Source of the DNA: Spongospora subterranea f. sp. subterranea
Lineage: Eukaryota
Assembly: GCA_049724395.1 (NCBI GenBank)
Contig: JAUGWO010000107.1
Span: 124,001-188,000 of the forward strand
Length of the DNA stretch: 64,000 nt
Direction: 5' to 3'
The notes beneath the pieces were generated by a model that made no database searches, was not told the origin of the DNA, and saw only the letters and a program-made list of their open reading frames with translations. Of the stretch, positions 51,410 to 60,851 are shown piece by piece (position 1 is the stretch's first letter; the number at the start of each line of letters is the position of its first letter). A program made the translations under genes and the position numbers.

Positions 51410-51481
51410 CAAATACACGACATCGCCAACAACTGTATAGAATTTATTCCTCATAGCCTTTTATATCTTGACAATTTCCAT

Positions 51482-51775
51482 TTAACGGTACTAAAGAACA
51501 GGAAGAAATTAATTTTTGGAGTATGGTTTACCGATGACTCTAACCTTCTGGAATCCGATATCTTTGGCGTATTCCCGAAAGCATCGACGGCAGATGTTGA
51601 GGGCGTACTTGCGGATCAGACCGTTATGATTGGCACAAACTCGGCTGATGAAAGAGAAATCATTATCAGCTAAGATGCTATAAAGCCATAAACTAGAAAG
51701 AGCTCAAAGCCATTACCATCGGCGCATTCCTTTGCCAGAGTTCTTGGGATGGGCGTTCCATGTCGCTTGCACCAT
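51482..51775 (-). CDS. RPS29: 40S ribosomal protein S29 (uS14), 3 exons (absent from ORF track)
   Basis: Spliced translation [55 protein letters not shown]. Confidence 0.96.
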
Positions 51776-52186
51776 GATTCAAATTCCACCAAATAATCAC
51801 CAATAAGAGGGGTTTCGTCAGGGATTGCCACTCCGGAACTCCGTCACGGACTGAGCGCAACCCACCACAGCGAGTCACCACTATTAAGGCAATCATCCAT
51901 ATAATAAGAGTCCGAGTTTGACGAACCAATCACTCAAGCAATAAATTGGCAATCGCAATCTTTTTAATTTTTTGATGCAGTGTGGCGCTTTCCCTGACCC
52001 CTGTTTTATTTATATTTTGTCGATGCAAAATCGCATTCAACTGAATAACCCGAAGGGCGCCGCGCCAGGAATGTTCATTAAACCGCATGATTTTTCGGCA
52101 ATAAAAAATGTTGCGTTAATGAATCGGCTGGAGTCGACCACAGTACAGTAATAGCTTCATTTGTTTTTAGTGACTTTAGGGACAAT

Positions 52187-52468
52187 ATGCAGCGGATATC
52201 GAAAATGCTTGGGAGGCGACGATTATCGATGGACATATACAAGACCGCAGAAGCGTCATCAGAAGAAAGCGCTACTGAATCGCTAAAAGAATATGTGAGA
52301 GTTACTCGGGACCGTTACCAATACCAGATCAATCGCGATCGTACGATTGTTCGCGGGATGATGTTGTATTGCGGAACCATGGCATTCGCATGTGGCTTTC
52401 TGATATGGAACGAGGCGAAAGCCCGGACAATGTTTCACACACCCTGGCGCCCTTCACAATTTAAATAA
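52187..52468 (+). CDS. Small single-TM protein, possibly mitochondrial
   Basis: 93-aa ATG ORF with basic N-terminus (MQRISKMLGRRRLS) and one hydrophobic helix. Confidence 0.55.
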   Translation: MQRISKMLGRRRLSMDIYKTAEASSEESATESLKEYVRVTRDRYQYQINRDRTIVRGMMLYCGTMAFACGFLIWNEAKARTMFHTPWRPSQFK

Positions 52469-52547
52469 CAGGCGTGCTATTGACGATCGCAACCTGATGA
52501 TATATTACAATCGGCACTGCGATTAAAGCGAATGCTAAATAGGGTTT

Positions 52548-53348
52548 TCAACGACGATTATATTTTCGTTTGCGCTCAATTCGGTTCAGGCCGTTGATTT
52601 GTTGAATGTGTTTCTCGTCGAGATGCTCCAAAAAAATAGTTGTTTGTTCACCCGTAGGAGCGCTGATGAATCCATCATTGTAAACATTTAAAAATGATTG
52701 CATAATCAATGCAGCAGCAGAGCTGTCAACGGAGCCGTCGCCGATTCCCGCGCGACGACCAGATGCACCAAAATCAAGCCGAACTTGGCACGTACTATTG
52801 CAGACGTAATTTAGAAATATCAGCAGGTTATTACTAATGCTCAAAACCTGTAGCGTTCTTCCCATAGTACAATTTCTGGAAGGTTCCATTTACTGTGATT
52901 CCATGCCTCGAGGCCTTGAATAAACGATAGTACAGCTTTCGAGCTGGGTCCTTCATTGCCTTCAAGATCAAGTGGGTATCTGATACGCCAATTTCTTAGT
53001 ATTACAACAAAGCCTTCCACGAAAATAATACCCAACGATTAGAGCATCTGGATTTCTTTGTCGGCATATATGGGAGATGGCAGCAAATGATCCGGATAAT
53101 TCCGTGCAATTGATACGGTTTAGTGAGGATTTCCCCGACATCCATTGCTGCCTATTCCCAAGACCTGCCGTTTTTCTGCTGATGTATCCGCATGGTGATG
53201 CAATTAGCATATTGTCGCAACACATTGCTACTCCAATTCGTCTGAGGCCAACATCAAGGCCTAACAGCCTCACTGGCCTCTGCAGGTTAGATTGCATCAT
53301 CCTCACACTCCCCAGTGCACGGTCAGCGATCATGGTCATGCAATCCAT
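52548..53348 (-). CDS. yqgF: YqgF/RuvX-family RNase H-like nuclease (putative pre-rRNA nuclease), multi-exon
   Basis: LLGLDVGLRRIGVA, ALIVG|YPLDLEG.EG, IVLWEERY, VDSSAAALIMQSFL. Confidence 0.9.
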
Positions 53349-53443
53349 GAACGACCTTCAATCAATGTTTCAAGACATACAGTACCCGTCAACACTCAAC
53401 AGTCCTACCGTTACCCATACGCATTGGTCACGGCATTCGTTCT

Positions 53444-54175
53444 ATGGCTCGAACTATAAGTGATTTAACTTGGTCACACGCCACAAACAAAATACAGGAC
53501 CTAGACCGAGTAATCAATCTCGTAGATTTCATTGAAGCTGATGTATGCTATGATGAGGTTGTTGGAGTTTACATGGCGCATGCGCCATCAGATCTTCCAT
53601 TTGAATATGAGAAATCGCAAGCAGGGTTTTTAGCATGGATACGACATTATTTACTTAAAGCCCATAGTTTGAGCCGATACCCTGGCATCAAAATTGATTT
53701 CAAGGATCCAGCGGCGCCTCCTTTATGCATCACGTTATTGCAACAGTTTGTTGATGACAGATCACCTATTTGGCTCAATGCCGACCTTCTTCAAGGGCCC
53801 CGTGGTGAAGCCTCCACATTTCAAAATCCCCACCGGTTTATTGATGCTTGTATTGAGTATCCTCAAGCGGTATTAAGTCTTGGTTGGACTACAGGCGCCA
53901 TTGATCCGTTCACTCGTGAAGTTGGATATTCAGAAGAAATGATTGACAGTATGCTCTTCCTATGTCGGCCAAAATTGCTTGAACGTCCAGTTACATTTGC
54001 AGTTCGCGCAGTGGATGCGTTGCAATCGATAAAGAGGTTGGAGAAGTTGATATCGCATTCGCAGCTCTGGTCATTAACAATTTGGAATGGAATTGAAGGA
54101 GTAAACTCTGTAGAAGAGCAAGAACTACGATCTAAATTCGATCCGCATAAAACCTATATAGACGTGTTCAAATAA
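53444..54175 (+). CDS. FAM151B: FAM151/menorin-family protein (DUF2181, PLC-like phosphodiesterase fold), intronless
   Basis: TWSHATN, FIEADV, MAH, GIKIDFK, PIWLNADLLQGP, LSLGWTT, PVTFAVRA, SLTIW. Confidence 0.9.
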   Translation: MARTISDLTWSHATNKIQDLDRVINLVDFIEADVCYDEVVGVYMAHAPSDLPFEYEKSQAGFLAWIRHYLLKAHSLSRYPGIKIDFKDPAAPPLCITLLQQFVDDRSPIWLNADLLQGPRGEASTFQNPHRFIDACIEYPQAVLSLGWTTGAIDPFTREVGYSEEMIDSMLFLCRPKLLERPVTFAVRAVDALQSIKRLEKLISHSQLWSLTIWNGIEGVNSVEEQELRSKFDPHKTYIDVFK

Positions 54176-54846
54176 AAACAAACTACAACATTCTCTCGCA
54201 TTAATCCTTTTGTTTTAACGACAAAGAAATCATGTACTGTAATGTATGACATCGACACGACGAGAGTGGAGACAATGAACTGCACAACAACAGATACGGT
54301 GTATTTTGCTTGTTCAAATCGCGAACAAGACCATCATGTTCGAAATCTTCCCGATAAATCGTAAGAAGGTCGGAGACGAAAGATATGACTCGGCAAACAG
54401 TTGCAACTTTAGTTCAGACAATTGTGCCCAGAGTTTGTGCAAAGTTTCAGACCGATCCTTACGATGTATCGGGACGATTTAGAACATGGCGGGACGTACA
54501 TAATCCCTTTAGACTGTCAACAATCTGATGGTCGTTATCTGTGCTCACTGCTCACCGATATCAATCGTCACCTCTATCAACATGTACGTTGCTTGACTCC
54601 GGCTTGGAGAACTGTACTGCCTTGAGTCCGCTGAAGTTGTTGTTTTTGTAGCTTACGGGGTGTACAGTACTCCGCTCGAGCAAATGGGACGCGTGTATAT
54701 ACTGTGACTCAACTCAATTTAAGTCTGAGACTGCGCAACTGGTGTTAGTTAACCGAAGGCAATCGCCTGTGCTAATCTTCACTTCGCAAATTGGTTTCGA
54801 TCGCTCAAGGGTTCCCAACTCAGTTCTCCAAGCTTTATTTTTCAAC

Positions 54847-55299
54847 ATGCCAGGCTGGGATGATTGGAACGCTCACGTGATGGCCATCAAGGACATTACT
54901 GGAGGAGGTATCTTCTCCGCCGCTAATGGTGCTGCGTGCGCCCAAGCCGGAATCGCCGTCTCACCGCAAGAGGTTTTAGCAATCTCCACGCGAATGACCT
55001 CCGCTTCCCAACCCAGCAAGGGATCCGACGCTCCTTTGGCATCATCTGTGCTTGTTGGAGGGGTCAAATACTTGATTGTTCGATGCGATGGTGATACTCT
55101 TCAGGCGCGGGTAAAACTGGTAAAGAGTACTCTTCAACAGCGTTTTGACTGTCTATGTTAATAGGCTGGCCCTGTTCCTTTGTCGGTATACAAGGCTGGG
55201 GCAACGATTGTCTTGGGCATCGGAAAACAAGGATCCGCTGCTGAGTTGCTTTCTGTTGGGGTCTCAAAGGTCGGCGAATTGCTAGCAAATGCGGGCTAA
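54847..55299 (+). CDS. PFN: Profilin, one intron
   Basis: MPGWDDWNAHVM...GGIFS...VSPQEV...VLVGGVKYLIVR.D...|...VYKAGATIVLG...VSKVGELLANAG*. Confidence 0.85.
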
Positions 55300-55486
55300 A
55301 CCAACCGCTCTATCGTTTCTCATAAACAATTCGTTTTACCATGCATTCTGTACAGTTGTTGCCAGCAAAATTTGATTGCAGCTCGTACTACCAAGTTTGC
55401 CTTCGTTCAGTTTGGGACTATTTTTATTGAAATAGTAGCGAAATGGCCAGAGTTTGTAGCGTACCATATTAGGTCTCTAAAACATC

Positions 55487-56944
55487 TCAAGAGGCTGAGA
55501 CCGGGTTGGGAATAACAGATCTCAAACTTGCCAAAAGAATAGCTGCTTCTGCGGTGACTTCACATTCAGTGTCCTCTTCCCTTTCGATAGATGACTCAGG
55601 GTTCAAAACCTGATTTGCTAGATCATGCGACATCTGTTCTAGTTTGGGTTTTTTCACACGCGCACCGGCCTTCCTCTTCGGAGCCTGTCGCTTCGCTTCA
55701 GATGCCTCTTTGTAGATGGGTTGCGGTTCGCCTTTGACGATTGCTGTGCATTCGCTTGTGACCACCGGCTGACAATTTGGAGGAAGAACAGTGGTTGGGC
55801 AGTTTTCTGAATTGGAAGAGCTGGCCAGATTTAAAGAATCTGAAGCTAGCATACCACCAAGTTCATTGCCAAAATAAACAATACCACAAGCGAATGATAT
55901 TGAAGGTGACGTCGACGTAAGCAGATGTTCAGGAATATTGCGGTTTTTGAATTTTTGACGACGACATGCAGCGCAGCTGCAGATTGAACGGCATGACGGA
56001 CAGGGCCACATAGAATCCGGAATCGCGCGATTCTCGCCATAAAACTTTTTTAAGCATATTTCGCAATATTTTTTACGACAGCAGTACGACTTTTCTGTGA
56101 AGTCTCCTCCTGGGGATAAAGATGAACTCCTGTCTGCGTGAGTCCTTTTCTTATTGACATTTCCACAAAAAGAAAGTTCTGTCAACAGCCTTCGGCTTTT
56201 ACACTGATGGCAACTCGATCCTGGCTGGCTCGCGGATAGACCGAACAAGGCGTCATTTTCATGATGCTGCGAGGAGGAAAGTACCATAGATCCGTACCGG
56301 CAGGCCGGAGATGGCGACAAGTCCTGGAATAGTCTCGATGCATTGCCATCTGACCCTCCGAAATTCGGCGGAGCGTCATTCGCCAAATCAACGTCTGCGC
56401 AAACACACTGCACGGTCCCAGCCTCAGGAAGCTTCAAAGACTCATTGGCGCTCGCGTTCTCGTTGGACCTTTTGGAGTCGACGTCCTTCGGCAACGCTGC
56501 TGCCATCTGTTCACCAGTTTGAGATCGAAACCTTTTTAGCAACGACCGCTCATTGCCGTCACAGATTGTGGCAGCCTGGAGATCGATAACTGGAGGGTCC
56601 ATTTTGAGTTGCATCATATTGTCGGAGCAGAGATCCATTCTAGATGGGGCAGGGGATTTTAAAAACATACTAGGGCTGAAGCACCATGGTGCCGGCCGAT
56701 CATTATCGGACGGCGAATTTGGGGCTTGGGAACCGCCCGAGAGCGTCATCTTCGGGGGACATGATGGGCTGACGTCTAATATCGAAGAGCTCAGTGTAAA
56801 ACTCGAGCTTGACGTACTGGATTCGTGTGAGCATCGGAATGCTCCAACAACAGGAGTTCTGATGTCAAATTCGATCGACGAACTCGGAATAGCTGATGCC
56901 TGAATTTTCTTATCGCTCTTTGCAGAACGATTTCTTACATGCAT
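55487..56944 (-). CDS. Intronless zf-4CXXC_R1 zinc-finger protein (CDCA7/JPO1-related domain)
   Basis: GSSCHQCK...C...CRKKYCEICLKKFYGE...WPCPSCRSICSCAACRR, flanked by low-complexity Ser-rich regions and a basic NLS-like stretch. Confidence 0.88.
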   Translation of the reverse strand: MHVRNRSAKSDKKIQASAIPSSSIEFDIRTPVVGAFRCSHESSTSSSSFTLSSSILDVSPSCPPKMTLSGGSQAPNSPSDNDRPAPWCFSPSMFLKSPAPSRMDLCSDNMMQLKMDPPVIDLQAATICDGNERSLLKRFRSQTGEQMAAALPKDVDSKRSNENASANESLKLPEAGTVQCVCADVDLANDAPPNFGGSDGNASRLFQDLSPSPACRYGSMVLSSSQHHENDALFGLSASQPGSSCHQCKSRRLLTELSFCGNVNKKRTHADRSSSLSPGGDFTEKSYCCRKKYCEICLKKFYGENRAIPDSMWPCPSCRSICSCAACRRQKFKNRNIPEHLLTSTSPSISFACGIVYFGNELGGMLASDSLNLASSSNSENCPTTVLPPNCQPVVTSECTAIVKGEPQPIYKEASEAKRQAPKRKAGARVKKPKLEQMSHDLANQVLNPESSIEREEDTECEVTAEAAILLASLRSVIPNPVSAS

Positions 56945-58668
56945 CGACAAAATCCAGCGATATTATAGGATAAATTACAGATATGAAACTGGGAATTCGC
57001 CCACGAGTTAGTAAACGAACACCATCAATGGAATGGGTTACAGTGCAACGATGGACTGAATCACTGGGCTGCGCTCAGGCTCCATTCTCATTGTGTCATG
57101 GAGACATGGACTGATGGGCCAATATGACTCTTGATTGGCCTCCAAAACTTGCGCACTTCCTCACTCAATCAGTAGTGTCCTTTTTAGACCCTTTTCGCGG
57201 CTGTGAAAAAAAATCGCAGGCACTGATTCATACCAACATGATAGTGATTCCCAGATAAATGTAGCTGAAATTACCTCGACTGGACTACCGTAGTGAACAA
57301 AATAAACACCAAATCCGATTTTTAAAAATGATCATTTTGAGACTAAACGTAGCCGAAACAGATCCAAACTGGGATTTTTCACTTATATGAAGCTGAATCT
57401 TTGAAATATCGTGTGTGTTTTCAGTTATCGTTGAGCATTTGAATTGTTTGATTGAAGTTTAATGATTTCTGATGTCTAACAGAACTTGTACACTCCATTC
57501 TCTTGGTGTTTGGCCAAATATTTCAAAAAATCGTCAGCGTGATGTACCATCCTGAGCTCCGGTCATCACGATATATGGCAAAATATCATTATGACGCATG
57601 TCTCAAACACATTATCGCTTCCGACCTTACAGTACATCCTTGTTTATTTATCGTTGTCTTTTCTATTCGATTCTACTAGCGTCTCGTTAGTCGGTGCGAT
57701 CACATGTGGTTCATTCGGATAATACTGCTGATCGGTATTTATCAGCGTCATTTTCCCAGACATCAATTGACGGTTACCGTACTTCACAAAATAAATGGTT
57801 AACAAAATAATCACAATATCTCCAAAACTAAGCACCTTTTAACGTTTTTGTGATTTTTTCATCACAAAAAAATCACAACAGCAAACTGAGACAAAATAAA
57901 AAAATCACTTCAGTGTGAAATCCGAAGTTCCGCCGTTTGCATTCCTTTTTGGTGATTGGTGATATTGTCAAAATGAAGCGATGGCTGTTATCAAATCCAG
58001 TTAACCAGCGATGGATTGACGCTCCAGAAAACGTCGACAAAGCCAAGTCAATGTTGAAAATGTCGGACGCATGGTTCGCCATGATATGTTTCCGGAGCTG
58101 CATTAACATTCCAACAAGCCTCTGAAACAATCCTTCAAGAGCCCTGGCAGTAAATATAAGCTGGACAGGAACAACGTGATTAATTTGTTGGAGGAGGCTT
58201 TTGAGGAACATCGCTGAGAATTTCTCAAGCGTTTGCCTCTTTCGTGCAAGATCACCGATCCGAGGATCAATCAGCGTTCATGGATTATCTGGCCAAGCAT
58301 GAGGAGAATGGGGTATAAAGCGTTTTAGAGAATCTACAATCTTTGAAATTGAATGAGGTCACAAGCAACAACTCTATTCCGCAGCTGCAGAATAATCAAC
58401 ACCCAAAATATGTTTGATTGTTTGAGATAACGCATTGCAAACAATACTTCCAAACCTCATTCAAGGTCCAACGATTGTTGGTGGTCGACCTTTGTACGTA
58501 GAGTACTGTACGACGTAGGTAATTTGTACGGTTGCGCAACACATTGACAGTACGTACATTATAGTGTCCCGTAAGTGTATCTATGACGACGTGCGCAAGT
58601 TTGAGAAAGTGAATCCAAAACTTAACAAAATGTTCATTGCTACCCCGGACGTTTATTCTGTGAAGTAG

Positions 58669-59716
58669 GTACAGTCCCAGTCACCTTAACTCAACACCAT
58701 TGAGAGGGCGTCACGGAGTTTGATATCTTCAACTTCAAACTTTCTTGAATTCCAACAAACGCTCTGTAATTCAACAGATCTCGTCGAAGCAAAAAAGCAA
58801 TACAGAACAAGTTTCTACTAGTGTCAAATATTGACTGACTAGTGAGCCATCAAAGTTGTATGCAAGATGAAAAATTTGAAACATGTATGGTGCGAACGCA
58901 TATTTTGATTATATTGTCACGCAGTTTATAAATGCGTTCGCCCGGTTCGAGGAACCCTTGTGTAGCGGACTCTCGTCTCTCGGCAACGCGTCTTAACATT
59001 TTTGACTGCTTCATGCCTCCCAGTAATCGTCGCCATAAGCAGCTACAGCGAGCAAGGGAATCTAAACGACAAAAGACATTGACCATTCCTGACAAAGAAC
59101 TTGTAGTTTCAGATGATGACAAAGACGATTCTTTATATTTTCTTTGCAGTGATAACGCAATTGATGAAGTTCAATTTTTTGACAGTCAATTTGTCGTTTT
59201 TGGCTTGGAAAAAAGGCGCTGGTTCGCACCTGCGCTGTGGTATTCTGGCAATAGTAGAACGACAACATGGCGAAATCAAAATCGCGAAAAAGCCAAATTG
59301 AAGTCTGCTGTCGAGAACTCAAAGATCACTGATTTTTTTTCAAAGCGGAAACGCCTGTAGATTCCCGACCCTTACACGCAGCAGACATCGATCATGGTGC
59401 AATGACCATTTCTATTGATGCTGCACTTGAAATCATTGAAAACTACACCAGGGTGACAGCCAGCAGCACTGCTGAAAAACAAATGGAGGGCGTATCAAAA
59501 TACGACTTTATCAGAAACATTGCTCTTACACATGACAGCAGACTTCAATTTGGCTTTCTCGTGATTTTGATTTCGCCATGTTGTCGTTCTACTATTGCCA
59601 GAATACCCACAGCGCAGATGCGAACCAGCGCCTTGTTTCCAAGTCAAAAACGACGGATTGACTTTCGAAAATTCAAACTCCTGGCGCATTCAAATGTCGA
59701 GAGCCAGGGCTCATGA
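58669..59716 (+). mobile_element. Truncated DNA-transposon relic (probably Tc1/mariner-IS630-type; N-terminus only) interrupted by an inverted duplication
   Basis: Possible TA|CAGT end at ~58669. Frameshifted peptides WKKGAGSHLRCGYSGNSRTTTWR..AKLKSAV..KITDFF and KYDFIRNIA resemble, from memory, N-termini of fungal/protist DDE transposases. No catalytic core or second TIR seen. Confidence 0.5.
59166..59681. repeat. Inverted duplication, ~147-bp arms, ~220-nt spacer
   Basis: 59166-59312 versus the reverse complement of 59534-59681. Both encode GAGSHLRC..YSGNSRTTTWRNQN.EKAKLKSAV in opposite orientations. Confidence 0.95.
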
Positions 59717-59972
59717 AAACGTCAAATCTGTCATGCAGGCCCCTTTTGCTTTGTAAGGAAATCCCATCAAGCAGTCGAGCACCAATCATTGTGTCGCTCC
59801 GTGCTTTTTAGGGTAATAACATACGATGGATAATATCTATTCCCAATACAGTAAGAGTGGTAATATCTCTTGATATAACGACGACCACAGTGTGTCACAC
59901 TTTCTAAATCAGATATTTGGAGACGTGTTTCGTGCCTTTAAACCAAACGATAAACGGATCGGCCGAACCAAA

Positions 59973-60847
59973 ATGGGCGATGACTATGAGATAACCATGT
60001 GCACCATCAAGTTAGTGGTTTTGTTATTTAGTCAAACGCTGGCCCCGTTTCACGTTCATGAATGTTAGGCAAGTTTATGTGTTTAAAGTGCCTCCATTAA
60101 CATCGTCGCAAGGATATAGAGCAGCCGATTGGGATAAAGAACCTATATGGACCGGTCGTCTTCGAATAGTCAGGAAAAACAACCGCGTCTGGGTGCTCTT
60201 GGAGCATACCGACAAAGGTTATATATGCCCCAATTCTGTAAGCAATATCAATCAATCGGTTATCGTATAGTTGGATTGTTTGTCGGGTGTGTAATTGATA
60301 CATCGGCAAACAATGTTGAAGCTGTGCAAGATTCATCGCGATATTTCGTAATTCGGGTTCATGACGAAAAAAGTGCATAAAACTCCCTTTTAACCAGGCT
60401 TTCTCTGCTAACCACATAAACTTGACAGGTGGAAAGAAAGCAAGTCTAGGGGTGGGATTTAACAACAGGGACGAGGCGTTTGATTTCAAAGTTGGACTGC
60501 AGGAGGCAGAAAAGGCAGAAATGGCACCGGAGCCAGTAAAAGAATCTAATGAACCCCCGATGGACTTCTCCCTGAAAGGGCCGATCAAGTTGGGATCAGG
60601 AATTGACCCTAAAACTAAGAGCGTCAAAGCAAGGTCCAGCGGCGGCGGTTCTACAGCAATCTTGGCACCCCCAGCCGCCTCCAAGAAAGCGGAAAGGAAA
60701 ACGGCGAGCTCTGCACACTCAGAGGCTAAGGACAAACGATATTTTAGGACTCGGAAATCCTAAGTAAATGCTAGTTTGATGGTCAACAAAAATTTTGAAT
60801 GATTTTGCAGGAAAACCACCGATGACGACTGGGCTTCATTCGACTAG
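59973..60847 (+). CDS. NECAP: NECAP (adaptin ear-binding coat-associated protein), multi-exon, +1 frameshift at 60730-60731
   Basis: VYVFKVPP..S.GYRAADW...WTGRLR, VEAVQDSSRYFVIRV, LGVGF..R.EAFDF.V.LQ, DFSLKG.IKL; terminal DDDWASFD (WxxF-acidic motif). Confidence 0.93.
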
Positions 60848-60851
60848 ATCT

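Noticed and set aside
51853..51863. GAGCGCAACCC match to a conserved bacterial 16S rRNA motif; CTGACGA hammerhead-like core nearby
   Set aside because: Only 11 nt with no flanking rRNA similarity; no correctly placed GAAA/stem II for a hammerhead.
57600..58350. Possible hAT or other TE relic
   Set aside because: Degenerate coding-like DNA, but no diagnostic motif could be read.
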